In this document: positions 1 through 9,654 of the stretch, piece by piece | Layout of the letters: each line of letters opens with the position of its first letter | Position numbering within the stretch: position 1 is the stretch's first letter | DNA from: Candidatus Moraniibacteriota bacterium | GTDB lineage: Bacteria; Patescibacteriota; Minisyncoccia; Moranbacterales; UBA1568 | DNA: 64,000 nt | Assembly: GCA_052035095.1 (NCBI GenBank) | Contig: JBPOHW010000008.1 | Span: 3,060 to 67,059 of the forward strand | Direction of reading: 5' to 3' | The notes under the pieces: model-generated | The model's database searches: none | What the model was told of the DNA's origin: nothing | Seen by the model: the letters and a program-made list of their open reading frames with translations, nothing else | Translations under genes and position numbers: made by a program

Positions 1-31
1 ATTTTTTTCTCGAGAGATTGAAAACTCGAAG

Positions 32-499
32 TTGTTTTTTTATACCAATTTCTTTGTAGTGCATAAAAAGATTTTTGATTTCCTCATAGCTTGGAAATAT
101 GCAAAAGCCTGTTTGATTGAGAAAGCTTTTCATCCCGGCGCTATCTTTAACATTGATAAACTTGATGTAAAGTTTGTTTGGAAAGACAGGTATTGTTCTC
201 CAGCGATCACACCCACCGTTTTGATCGATATATCCAAGACGGATTTTTTGAACATGCGGTTTTCCTGCCGTGGTAGGTATTCCTTTCGGGTGGATGTAAA
301 TATATCTAGTAGAAGGTCTGTTAGAAAAATCCCTCACAACTGTTCGAACAAGTTCTCCGCCAACTATGAAGACATCATAGAGAATCGTTTGCAAAAGATA
401 TCGAGGCAAAAGACAGTAGTCATTAGCAATAGTGACAAGCTGAATTTTCTGTTTAATAAGTCTTTCCATAAGACTTGCTGGAATTACAGAATGTTGTAG
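32..499 (+). CDS. hypothetical protein, 155 aa, AT-rich, low-complexity
   Basis: Only ORF of this size at the window start and no competing ORF on the minus strand; no recognisable motif. AT-rich like other accessory patches. Confidence 0.25.
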   Translation: MFFYTNFFVVHKKIFDFLIAWKYAKACLIEKAFHPGAIFNIDKLDVKFVWKDRYCSPAITPTVLIDISKTDFLNMRFSCRGRYSFRVDVNISSRRSVRKIPHNCSNKFSANYEDIIENRLQKISRQKTVVISNSDKLNFLFNKSFHKTCWNYRML

Positions 500-511
500 A
501 CTCATAGTAAG

Positions 512-724
512 TTGAAACCTATGAAAAGACAACCAAAACCAAAAGAAAAAGCATCAGAGATTCTGACGCTTCAGGAGGCGTGCGAGATTCTGCATTGCCA
601 TCCGAACACGCTTCGCAACTGGGACAACAAAGGATTTTTGAAAGCGATTCGGTTTGGGACACGGGGGGATAGGAGGTATCGGAGGGGAGAGGTGATAGGG
701 ATTCTTGATCGTGGGAAGGAGTGA
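512..724 (+). CDS. small HTH DNA-binding protein, excisionase/AlpA/MerR-like
   Basis: 70 aa; LTLQEACEILHCHPNTLRNWDNKGFLKAIRFG matches the excisionase-family helix-turn-helix. Stop lies 20 bp before the next ATG, which has an AAGAGGA RBS, so the two are operonic. Confidence 0.6.
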   Translation: MKPMKRQPKPKEKASEILTLQEACEILHCHPNTLRNWDNKGFLKAIRFGTRGDRRYRRGEVIGILDRGKE

Positions 725-743
725 TTCTTACAAAGAGGATAAT

Positions 744-3700
744 ATGAAATGGATCAACGCTAGCGACATCACGAATTGGGCGAATACAAACCAAAGACAA
801 TGTCAGGATACATTGCCGGAGTTGGTGCGTCGTCTTATTTTGGCTCACACCGTAAACGCCGTTGATAAATTTGATTTCCCCAGCGGCGATAGCGTCGCTA
901 CCGGTGGATGGGATGGTCGTCTTAAGACACCTGTTGTTTCGCCATTCTTTCCAAGCAGCCATTCCGGCTGGGAAATCGGAACTGAAAAGTCAGCTCAAAA
1001 AAAAGCAGAAGCAGACTATACAAAGCGAAGTGCGGATCCGTTAGGAATGGTACTCAATGAGACAACGTTTGTTTTTGTTACTCCACGATCGTTTCCAAAA
1101 CGTGCAAACTGGCAAAGCACAAAACAATCCACCAACACATGGAAAGATGTCAAAGTTATTGCCGCTGATGGATTAGAGCAATGGCTTGATAATACGCCAG
1201 CCGTTGCTTCGTGGTTTGCCCGTAAGATCAGCAAGGTCGTCTCGAATGGTATTCGGGATATTGAGGCTGTTTGGGAAGAGTGGTCGATAGGAACGAAGCC
1301 GGTGATGACACCAGCTCTCGTAATAGGTGGACGCACGACAGACGTCGAAGCCATTCAGAAATGGATCGCCGAAGCGCCGAGAATTCTTGAGGTACGAGGT
1401 GATCATCCAGATGAGGCATTTGCTTTTCTTTATGCTTCCATTGCAATGCTCCCCGAGACTGAAAGAGCACAGACGTTGGCTCGATGTTTAGTTGTTGAGA
1501 ATATCGGCGAGTTACGGGAATTAACCCAAGCTTTTCAAAATTATCCACTAATCATCGCTGCACCCGGCGAATGTATCAACGCCGCTTCTCTCGCTGTTTC
1601 CAAAGGCCACCATGTATTTATAAGCATGAACGCAACAGTTATTGGTTTTAGGGATATTCTTCGACTAGCTCGGCCGCAACGCGGTGCGGTAGAAAATATT
1701 TTACATGAGGGCGGCTTATCAGAAGCTGACGCACAGCGCATGGCCAGGGATTCCGGGCGTAGTATTCCCGTACTTCGCCGACATTTATTTCAATCCAATG
1801 CCGTTAGTGCTCCGGTATGGGCTAATGCCAAATCAGCACGGATACTCTTACCAGTTTTATTTGCCAACGCATGGGATGAGTACAAAGACGGAGATCGCAA
1901 AGTAATAGAGACCCTTTCCGGTATGAGCCATGACGACTTTGTTAAAGCTCTCACCCCTTTTTTATCTGTAGACGATTCTCCCATTCGCAAGGTTGGTAGT
2001 GTTTGGATGATCAAGTCTCCCTTGGACGCATGGTTTCTTCTCGCGCCACATCTTACACAGGATTCCTTAAAACTTTTTGAGCAGTCTTTATTGGGCGTCC
2101 TCACAAAGACAGATCCAAAATACGAATTGGAGGCGGACAAGCGATGGGCAGCTGCAATATATGGTAAATCAAATGCGTATTCTGAATGGCTTCGGAGTGG
2201 CTTTGTTGAATCGTTGGTGCTTCTTACCGTTTTCGGCAATCGCTCCCCACAAGTCCCATCCACACAGACGTTTGCGGATCATGTTGTCAAACAAGTATTT
2301 GCCACAGCGGATAAATGGGAGGCATGGGCTTCGATAAAGGACGCAACCCCATTATTTTCAGAAGCCGCACCGGATACATTCATGGAGGCGGTCGAACAAG
2401 GTATCGCAAAAACCCCGACTATCTTCCAAGAATTAATGAAGGATAGTGGGAGTGTATTTGGAGAGTGTCATCATTCCGGTCTTCTTTGGGCACTTGAGAG
2501 TATAGCGTGGAGTCAAGATTATTTTGCGCGAGCTGTAAACGTTTTGGTGGAGTTAGCCAATATAGATCCAGGCGGCAAATGGAGCAATCGAGCAATAAAT
2601 AGTATTAAAAACGTTTTCTTGCCACGTTTTCCGCAAACATACGCTACACCGGAACAACGTCTTGCGGCTTTGGATTCCCTTATCGCCAAATTTCCTAAAA
2701 AAGTTTGGGAATTCTCGCAAGGTTATTACAGTGGCGGAAGTTTTAGTGAATCACATCGCTTTCGTTGGCGCGACGCCGGTGGCAATCGCCGCGGATTGGA
2801 GCCGGAAGATAATGAGAACAATCGCGAATATCTCAATGCTCTCCTCCCCAAATTAATTGATCTTGCTGTTGCAAAAGAAAATCTCATAGCTTCTGCCGAT
2901 GAATTCACACAACTGCCGGACGATATACAGGAGCGATTACTTGGTGTACTTGAAAAAACAGATCCCGCTACTTTTTCAAAAGATGAACGTGCAAAGCTTC
3001 TGCAATGTATCCGAGAGGCATTGAATTGGACAAATAGCTACGGTGATGAAGATCGTCGCAAACAAGTGCCAGCTCTTAATCGAGTCTTGGAAAGATTCAC
3101 GCCGGAGGATGTGATTGAGCGTGTGGGTTGGTTATTGGGCAATCCGTGGCCACGGTTACCACAAGGAGAGCCTAAACAATATGACGCCAAAGATACAGCT
3201 GTTAAAACGGCGCAACAAGAAGCCGCACGCGAGGTACTGGATAAAGCGTCTTTGGATGAAATTTTTAAATTTGCCGGTACGATTCAGTATCAGGGAATTC
3301 TCGGTCATTCTCTCGCAAAAGCGGTGCGTGATGAAAAAGAGGATAGTACTGTGTTAGATGGCATATTGTCCCATATTACTGATATGCCGATTCTCATTCG
3401 GGGATACGCTGATGGCCGAGTTGAAGTTGCCGGGCCCGGTTGGATAGATACGCAGATCGAGAGAATGAAAACAAAAGGAAACTATTCGCCGCAGGCATGT
3501 GCGCTTCTGTATTTTGGTATACCAGAGGGTGCATCTACATGGTCGGCAGTTTCCGCCCATGGCAAAGATGTTGAGAGTACATATTGGAAGCAAGCAAGCG
3601 GATTCTCACAGACCAGTAAAGCAGATGATACTCCCATTGCCGTTGAAAAGTTATTGGATGTTAAACGACCGGAGGCCGCACTTCAAATTGCTGGTGATCC

Positions 3701-4532
3701 CCAAGTATCTATTCCAAGTGCGTTACTCCAACGATTGCTCCAAGAGCTTCTGATGATGGAAGATAAAAAGCTTCGTGCTGGAGTAATGGAAGAATTTCAT
3801 TTGGGGCACGTATTCAATCAGCTGTACGAAAAGAACGAACTATCAATTGAAGAAATGGCAAAATTAGAATGGCCATTTGCCGCACTCTTTGAGGAACTCA
3901 AGCAGTACACTTCTCATCCAATGGCACTTCATCGTGTTCTACAAAAAGATCCTCAATTTTTCTCCCAACTTATTACATTCATCTACAAACGAGATGATCA
4001 TGCGCCGGATTCTACTCGTGGCGATGTAGATGAGGAAACGGCGGAGCGACGCGCGCGCGTCGCTCATGAAGTCTTGAATTCTTGGTATCTCATACCCGGG
4101 TTAAAAGAGGACGGTACGCTTGATGAAAAAGAACTTACCGAATGGGTTGAGGCGGCACGCAAACAATGCACAGAAACCAATCATATAATAGGGTGCGATT
4201 TGCAGATTGGCTTCATGTTTGCTCATATACCGGGAGATCCCGACGGCACATGGCCACACGTTGGTGTTCGCAACCTTATAGAGCGCCTAAACAACGAAAC
4301 TATTGATCGGCATATTCAAAATGAGATTTATAATAGTCGCGGCGTTGTTTCAAAGAGCATCAATGACGGAGGTAAACAAGAGCGAGCACTTTCTGAAAAG
4401 TATAAAAAAATGAGCGAAGCCGTTAATTCAAAATGGCCACGTACCGCCGCCATGCTTCGCTCGATAGCTAAATCTTACGAACAACAAGCCAAGAGCGAGG
4501 ATATTGATTCAGATTTATATGATGTACGATAG
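744..4532 (+). CDS. large hypothetical protein, about 1262 aa, no recognisable catalytic motif, predicted mostly alpha-helical
   Basis: Uninterrupted 3.8 kb ORF. ATG at 744 is preceded by AAGAGGA. It follows the HTH gene and ends at a bidirectional terminator. No Walker, HxH, radical-SAM or other motif seen by eye. Confidence 0.7.
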   Translation: MKWINASDITNWANTNQRQCQDTLPELVRRLILAHTVNAVDKFDFPSGDSVATGGWDGRLKTPVVSPFFPSSHSGWEIGTEKSAQKKAEADYTKRSADPLGMVLNETTFVFVTPRSFPKRANWQSTKQSTNTWKDVKVIAADGLEQWLDNTPAVASWFARKISKVVSNGIRDIEAVWEEWSIGTKPVMTPALVIGGRTTDVEAIQKWIAEAPRILEVRGDHPDEAFAFLYASIAMLPETERAQTLARCLVVENIGELRELTQAFQNYPLIIAAPGECINAASLAVSKGHHVFISMNATVIGFRDILRLARPQRGAVENILHEGGLSEADAQRMARDSGRSIPVLRRHLFQSNAVSAPVWANAKSARILLPVLFANAWDEYKDGDRKVIETLSGMSHDDFVKALTPFLSVDDSPIRKVGSVWMIKSPLDAWFLLAPHLTQDSLKLFEQSLLGVLTKTDPKYELEADKRWAAAIYGKSNAYSEWLRSGFVESLVLLTVFGNRSPQVPSTQTFADHVVKQVFATADKWEAWASIKDATPLFSEAAPDTFMEAVEQGIAKTPTIFQELMKDSGSVFGECHHSGLLWALESIAWSQDYFARAVNVLVELANIDPGGKWSNRAINSIKNVFLPRFPQTYATPEQRLAALDSLIAKFPKKVWEFSQGYYSGGSFSESHRFRWRDAGGNRRGLEPEDNENNREYLNALLPKLIDLAVAKENLIASADEFTQLPDDIQERLLGVLEKTDPATFSKDERAKLLQCIREALNWTNSYGDEDRRKQVPALNRVLERFTPEDVIERVGWLLGNPWPRLPQGEPKQYDAKDTAVKTAQQEAAREVLDKASLDEIFKFAGTIQYQGILGHSLAKAVRDEKEDSTVLDGILSHITDMPILIRGYADGRVEVAGPGWIDTQIERMKTKGNYSPQACALLYFGIPEGASTWSAVSAHGKDVESTYWKQASGFSQTSKADDTPIAVEKLLDVKRPEAALQIAGDPQVSIPSALLQRLLQELLMMEDKKLRAGVMEEFHLGHVFNQLYEKNELSIEEMAKLEWPFAALFEELKQYTSHPMALHRVLQKDPQFFSQLITFIYKRDDHAPDSTRGDVDEETAERRARVAHEVLNSWYLIPGLKEDGTLDEKELTEWVEAARKQCTETNHIIGCDLQIGFMFAHIPGDPDGTWPHVGVRNLIERLNNETIDRHIQNEIYNSRGVVSKSINDGGKQERALSEKYKKMSEAVNSKWPRTAAMLRSIAKSYEQQAKSEDIDSDLYDVR

Positions 4533-4559
4533 ATTCAGAAATGACATTCGTTCTAAAAA

Positions 4560-4607
4560 ATATCCGAGCCGTCAACCAAATCGGCTCGGATATTTTTCTT
4601 TGTTTTC
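4560..4607. terminator. bidirectional rho-independent terminator between convergent genes
   Basis: Stem ATATCCGAGCCG, loop of 9 nt, stem CGGCTCGGATAT, then TTTTCTTTGTTTT. A-run on the other side. Confidence 0.55.
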
Positions 4608-4613
4608 ATTTTT

Positions 4614-5093
4614 TCATTCACGAATACCAATAACCTTGATCAGCGATAACACCTCTCCGATTTTTACTTCTCTCACCTCACCGACAGACGCGCCCATAAG
4701 CGGAGCCACGAAAGGCGCGGCGTAGGAAAATTCGTTCGGGTCTGTTTTTTCGAGAACCATGTAGCTCCCAACGACGACAACTTTTTCCTCGTGAGTATCC
4801 GTGTTCTGTATTGTGACTTTTGATCCGAGAGAGACATGCTTCGCGTGAACTGACGGCTCAACTATTTCAGCCCGTGCGTAAACTTTTTTCAATTCTTCGA
4901 GCGTACTGGCAAGCCTTTTTCTTTCCCGATCGGCTTCTTCAAAACCGTAGTTGTCATGCCACGTTTCCGAGCTCTGATGCGACATTTCCCCAACTTCAAA
5001 ACCAACCGTTTTCAGATTGTTTTTGAGCGCGTCGATATTTTTCTCAAGCGCCAAATAATCTTTTCGAAGAAAAAGGAATGATGCGTCTTTCAT
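4614..5093 (-). CDS. greA: transcription elongation factor GreA
   Basis: 159 aa. N-terminal coiled coil and C-terminal FKBP-like domain (GSKVTIQN...VVVVG...PLMGASVGEV) typical of GreA/GreB. Confidence 0.85.
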   Translation of the reverse strand: MKDASFLFLRKDYLALEKNIDALKNNLKTVGFEVGEMSHQSSETWHDNYGFEEADRERKRLASTLEELKKVYARAEIVEPSVHAKHVSLGSKVTIQNTDTHEEKVVVVGSYMVLEKTDPNEFSYAAPFVAPLMGASVGEVREVKIGEVLSLIKVIGIRE

Positions 5094-5617
5094 ATTGAAG
5101 ACTGTTCAATCTCAAGCATGAGAGCGACATATCCCTTTCGAATAATATTATCGCTTTGAATCCCGAGACTTACAAGAAGATTCATTATTTTTTCCTCTAT
5201 ATTTTCTCGACTCTCTTCATCGCCTCGCCCTTCGATCTCAACAAAGACTCCGAGATTTTCTATTTCATCAACATTGATTTCAAAATCTTCAAGACGATAG
5301 CTTGCTCGGCGTTTCTTGATTTCAACCACCTTTACATAGCCGCTCCCAAGAAGAAGCTGTTGGAGACCGTCGGAATCAGTGAGCGGAATATCAATATCCG
5401 GCCACGCGGTATCGTCGCCCAGAGCCTTGCCCTTGAACGTTAGTAATGACCCGTTTTCCTTCCGCCGAATACGCAAAATGAGCGAGCGATCTCTGTCGCT
5501 TTCATGGCGAAGATAAAAATCATGTTCGTTTGACGTTCCCCTGTGCTCTGCTTGTGTCGCCAAGGCGTTCCTTATTGCGTCGGGATCGTCAACGCTTGCC
5601 CGGAGCTCTATTTCCAT
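5090..5617 (-). CDS. CYTH-domain protein (triphosphate tunnel metalloenzyme, class IV adenylate cyclase / thiamine-triphosphatase fold)
   Basis: 175 aa with MEIELRA...E.E start and acidic/basic strand pattern of the CYTH fold. Its stop overlaps the greA start by 4 nt. Confidence 0.7.
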   Translation of the reverse strand: MEIELRASVDDPDAIRNALATQAEHRGTSNEHDFYLRHESDRDRSLILRIRRKENGSLLTFKGKALGDDTAWPDIDIPLTDSDGLQQLLLGSGYVKVVEIKKRRASYRLEDFEINVDEIENLGVFVEIEGRGDEESRENIEEKIMNLLVSLGIQSDNIIRKGYVALMLEIEQSSI

Positions 5618-5714
5618 AAATATGGCTTTACTTGAGGGAATGTTAGCGCATTTTTCTCAAAAAGAAAAGGCTAGCGCGTTGCGTTAGCCTCTGGTTTGTT
5701 GTGAGCTTTCTTTC

Positions 5715-6671
5715 CTACAGTTCTTTGCTCAATTCTTGAGCAATAGGGTGAGAAAAGTAGGCGTGAATCGGAAGAGAGAATGGCGGACCATCGCGGTGTA
5801 CGCAGTTTCGTACCATGAGCATTCCACGTTCCATTTCAAGTCTCGGACCGTACGCGAATTCATAGCACCCGCCATATATCCTCAGTTCGCAATTGGCGCA
5901 CATGCCTTCCAAAAAATGTGGCTGGATGAGTTTCAATTTGAAGGCAAACCCGTCTTCACAGCGCATATCAATGGAACAGCTCGAGCGTCCCCGAATGACA
6001 GACGCCCGCGTCGGAGTTGCTCCAAGCGTTTGGCACGCTCTTGCGAGAGAGGCATACGAGATTTCCGGAATTTCCAGCACGTTCATGAGACGCCACGAAA
6101 TATCTCTGTGTCTCACAAAGTCAGCAAGCGCGATCGCCGGCTGTTCCGTTTCGCCAATGCATGTATTGATCTTGAGACGAACCTTTCCATTGAGAGTCTC
6201 AATGAGATTGATTTGTTTCTCAAGCGCCTTTTTGCCCCACGCCGCATCTTTGGGCGGTGACATTATCTTCCCCAATTCCGCTGGGTCAAGAGTGTGAACG
6301 CTCATGTTGAGCTCATCGAGTCCCGACCATATGCACTCGAAATATCGCGAGTGCTTTGCCTGTCCGTTCGTTGTCATCTTCACTGTGAATCCCAAGCTCT
6401 TTGCCTTCACAATGAACTGGGTGATCTCGGGATGAATTGATGGCTCACCTCCGGTGAAATGCACTTCGGTAAATCCGAAGCGATCACGGAAGCGTACAAG
6501 CACATCGGAAAACTGCTTGTCATTCCGAATCGGTTGCGATGAGGGGTTGCCTTCCATGTGACAGAAATTGCATGTCCACTGGCACGGCACATGAAGCTTC
6601 ACGCGGAGGCTGTTGAGACGAGTCGTCTCTACTTTTCCCTGCGAAAGCAATTCTTCAAAAACATCATACAT
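5715..6671 (-). CDS. radical SAM enzyme, MoaA-like, with C-terminal auxiliary Cys cluster
   Basis: CQWTCNFC (CX3CX2C), FTGGEP, TTNG and C-terminal CANCELRIYGGC (CX2CX7C) resembling the MoaA auxiliary-cluster motif CxxCNRLR. Start is 2 nt after the kinase stop. Confidence 0.8.
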   Translation of the reverse strand: MYDVFEELLSQGKVETTRLNSLRVKLHVPCQWTCNFCHMEGNPSSQPIRNDKQFSDVLVRFRDRFGFTEVHFTGGEPSIHPEITQFIVKAKSLGFTVKMTTNGQAKHSRYFECIWSGLDELNMSVHTLDPAELGKIMSPPKDAAWGKKALEKQINLIETLNGKVRLKINTCIGETEQPAIALADFVRHRDISWRLMNVLEIPEISYASLARACQTLGATPTRASVIRGRSSCSIDMRCEDGFAFKLKLIQPHFLEGMCANCELRIYGGCYEFAYGPRLEMERGMLMVRNCVHRDGPPFSLPIHAYFSHPIAQELSKEL

Positions 6672-6673
6672 GA

Positions 6674-7249
6674 TTATCGCTCCTGTAAAAGCAATGACAC
6701 TTGCGCCTCGACTTGCTCCGCCGAGAGGTGATCGGTTTCAAGCACAAGCGACCATTGATGAGAATCCATGAAAGCCTTCTGCGCTCGATCAAGCAATCCG
6801 ACAGACTGCTCGATACGCTGATCATAGTCCTGCGATCCATCTCGCTTGTTTCTCCTTTCGGTTCTCGTTTTCGACGTAGCCGTAAGGAGTACGGAAACCG
6901 TCGACCAGAGAATGGGCAATTTTTCGGTATTTACAGAAGATACATCTACGCCAAGCACATGGTGCATGACGAGAGTCGAGTGAATATACCGATCAATAAC
7001 AACGCTCCTCCTCAAATCGATATCCGATCGGATTTTTCTCTGAACGGCAATAACCGAAGTAAGATAGTAGAAAAACCGAGTGTTTGAATCATCCAAAGAC
7101 TCTATCTCTTTGCGAATTGTTGAAAGAGGCGGTTGCGGCGTGTAGAGATATCGGAAACCGAGTTTTGAAGCGATGGCTTTGGCAAGGGTTGTTTTACCAA
7201 CACAATCCACACCCTCTACAACCAGAATTACCGGACTGGCATTTTGCAT
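6674..7249 (-). CDS. thymidylate kinase family nucleotide kinase (TMK-like)
   Basis: P-loop VVEGVDCVGKTT and DRY motif (VVIDRYIHST) typical of the dTMP kinase family; 191 aa. Confidence 0.75.
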   Translation of the reverse strand: MQNASPVILVVEGVDCVGKTTLAKAIASKLGFRYLYTPQPPLSTIRKEIESLDDSNTRFFYYLTSVIAVQRKIRSDIDLRRSVVIDRYIHSTLVMHHVLGVDVSSVNTEKLPILWSTVSVLLTATSKTRTERRNKRDGSQDYDQRIEQSVGLLDRAQKAFMDSHQWSLVLETDHLSAEQVEAQVSLLLQER

Positions 7250-7264
7250 GAGCGTTCTCCGCTA

Positions 7265-7762
7265 TCATTGAATTTCGCTGATTTCCCATGCTCCTTTGAG
7301 CACAGAACATTCGATCTCTTCTCCGTTTCCTTTTCCGAAAAGCGCTTTGCCAATCGGAGAAGATGGGCTTATCGCTGAAACTTTTTCACCCCCATAAGAG
7401 GGGTGCAAAAAAACTCCGCCACCTGCTCCTTCAGAAACGAGAAGAAACAGTTTTCTTTCCGCAGTATCAATATTCTCAATAGCCACTACAGAGCCGATAG
7501 AAACCTGATTGGAAACATCAGCATCTCTCTGGAGAAGGCTCTCAAGTAAAGCGAGAACAGTTTTTGCTTCAAGCAATCGCTTATTCTGCCCGCCCGCGAG
7601 ATATTGAGCTTCTTCGAGAAAAGTATCATAGCGAGAAATCATCGCGCCTTCCGCTTCTTGCGCGTCTTTGAGTGACACTTGTCTCGCTTGCTCGGTTCTT
7701 TCGATCTCTTCTCTCTTGTTCGCGATAATCTGCGCGAACAAGATTTTTGCTGTTTCGTGCAT
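7265..7762 (-). CDS. GreA/GreB-family transcription factor paralog
   Basis: 165 aa. Coiled-coil N-terminus plus FKBP-like C-terminal domain (GSVVAIENIDTAERKLFLLVSEGAGGG...SPIGKAL). It is the second Gre homolog in the same operon. Confidence 0.7.
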   Translation of the reverse strand: MHETAKILFAQIIANKREEIERTEQARQVSLKDAQEAEGAMISRYDTFLEEAQYLAGGQNKRLLEAKTVLALLESLLQRDADVSNQVSIGSVVAIENIDTAERKLFLLVSEGAGGGVFLHPSYGGEKVSAISPSSPIGKALFGKGNGEEIECSVLKGAWEISEIQ

Positions 7763-7914
7763 GATTCTCTCCTTTTTTTCTCTTCAATTAGTAAGATACT
7801 CGTCTTAAAATTAAGACCTCGTACAATAGCACGTTTAATAATTATAAGTCAATATCCGTGACTATTTTATGGCTTTACTGTGGAATTTTCGCGTAAATTA
7901 GTCAAAAAACTACC

Positions 7915-8025
7915 CCATCATAAGTCGCTCCATCCGTTCCTGCAAAACTTTCAGCCCATTGCCACATTCAAGCCAGTTTGAGAGAATACGAAGGAAGAAA
8001 TCGTTCCCATGTGTACTCCCCTGTT
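7915..8025 (+). repeat. about 95 bp intergenic repeat, copy 1 of 3
   Basis: Core CAGCCCATTGCCACATTCRAGCCAKTTTGAGAGAATACG..GG.AGAAAT.GT.CCCATG.GTAC shared with the copies near 9655 and 12185. Confidence 0.8.
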
Positions 8026-8178
8026 TCAGTAGTTGAAAAAGGATGCAGGACTTTTTCTATTTCCAAAGCAACTCAAAAAATAACTTATACACCGCGCATC
8101 ATAAAGCCGGACAGAATAAACTTCCCGTCCTTTTACTTGAAGCAAATTCTTTGTTTGAAAAGTTCGCTTTCATAATGT

Positions 8179-8535
8179 TTGCGGTATAGTCAAACTTTTA
8201 TGGAGAAGAAAACTTTTATTGTAGGCTCAGTGCTATTGGTTACGATGGCAGTGCTTTTTGACGGCTTTATGAGCACAGCATACCTATTAGGAAGTTTCGT
8301 CTTATGTTGGGCAGTTTATTATGGAGTTAGATATACAGGGTTAACTCGAGCAAAGAGTATTAATCCAAAACAAATAGTTCACATGGCGCTTGCAACTTCA
8401 ATCCTGATTCTGACAGGTATCACATTTATTTTCGGAACAGGAATCAACTTAATTGTCTATGCCGTCTGGCTCGTCTTCTTCTATTGGCACGAGTTGTCTT
8501 CCTTGAAACTAAAAAAAACTGCTTTGATTGAATAG
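8179..8535 (+). CDS. small integral membrane protein
   Basis: 118 aa with three or four hydrophobic helices; no known motif. Confidence 0.45.
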   Translation: MRYSQTFMEKKTFIVGSVLLVTMAVLFDGFMSTAYLLGSFVLCWAVYYGVRYTGLTRAKSINPKQIVHMALATSILILTGITFIFGTGINLIVYAVWLVFFYWHELSSLKLKKTALIE

Positions 8536-8635
8536 TTTTTTACTTCATTGACATCAAATGATTCTTCATCTTTTTTGGATTATTGATTTATAAATGTGGA
8601 ATCGAGACACAATTATACTTTGAAATGAGGACATT

Positions 8636-9205
8636 ATGATTGATACTACTCTTTACATTTTTGTTATTTATCCACTGGGCATCTTCATAGGCTTCGCCTC
8701 TTTTACGATGATATGGATGCCTATTCTAATTGGGATACCAATGGCCACCTACTGGTCATTGAAAGGGTGTGTACGATATAGAAGCATATTCTCCTATATA
8801 CCAAGTATTATATTTGGTTTTGTTTTATTCACACTTATTGGCTTTTTCTTTTTGAGAATTCTTCCTGCAATTGGAGAGAACAATGGATTTTATGTGGCGC
8901 AAATAATCGGCAGTCTATTTGCACTATTTTATTGCTTAAAGAAAATGGGCAGGCGTGATGTTCAACTTGATTTTTGGACGAAAATGTTGAAGAACAAATA
9001 CATGATCTACGAACACCCTATAATTGCCGAGAAGCTTCAGTTTTTATTCGAAGAAAGATTCGGAGAAGATGCCAAAAAAATGGCTACTCAACTTATGATG
9101 GAAACGAAAGCGAAGAGAATTGATGAGCTTATAGAAAAAAGAGAAGCGTTAAAAAAGCAGATTCTTGAAAAAGTTGAAAAAAAGAAGCAAGACGGCGAAT
9201 GGTAA
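8636..9205 (+). CDS. integral membrane protein with charged C-terminal tail
   Basis: 189 aa. Four TM helices followed by a KE-rich tail. Overlaps the next gene by 7 nt. Confidence 0.45.
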   Translation: MIDTTLYIFVIYPLGIFIGFASFTMIWMPILIGIPMATYWSLKGCVRYRSIFSYIPSIIFGFVLFTLIGFFFLRILPAIGENNGFYVAQIIGSLFALFYCLKKMGRRDVQLDFWTKMLKNKYMIYEHPIIAEKLQFLFEERFGEDAKKMATQLMMETKAKRIDELIEKREALKKQILEKVEKKKQDGEW

Positions 9206-9648
9206 GTTCAAACACAAGTATTGTGAAAAACCTCTACCTCGACATTGACGGGGTGATTCTTGATAAACGAGGATGTCCCGCCTACGGCTTGGAAGGTTTT
9301 TTACGCTTTGCAATAGTCCACTTCTCTTGTTTTTGGCTCACGACGCACTGTAGCGGAAATGCGAAACTAACCTTATCCTATCTCACGTCCAAGGTGCCAA
9401 AAGAAGCTTTGGAATTGATGTCAGGCATCCGACCAACCGCATGGAGCCTTTGGAAAACAGAGGCTATAGACTTCACCAAACCATTCTATTGGCTCGATGA
9501 TTATGCCTTTGATGGAGAAAGAAAAGTCTTACGAGAACATAGATGCGAATCCTCCCTTATCTTGATAAATCTTGAGACAAACCCGAAGCAACTGGAGGCA
9601 TTGTGTAAGCAACTGAAAGAGACATTTTCAGTGGCTACCTCGCCATAA
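9199..9648 (+). CDS. HAD-superfamily phosphatase-like protein
   Basis: LYLDIDGVILD matches HAD motif I (DxDGV) and FYWLDD resembles motif IV; 149 aa. Confidence 0.5.
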   Translation: MVSSNTSIVKNLYLDIDGVILDKRGCPAYGLEGFLRFAIVHFSCFWLTTHCSGNAKLTLSYLTSKVPKEALELMSGIRPTAWSLWKTEAIDFTKPFYWLDDYAFDGERKVLREHRCESSLILINLETNPKQLEALCKQLKETFSVATSP

Positions 9649-9654
9649 TCCGTT

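Noticed and set aside
5736-6297. + strand ORFs of 174 and 134 aa inside the radical-SAM gene
   Set aside because: Antisense shadow ORFs; the minus-strand frame carries the CX3CX2C and GGEP motifs.
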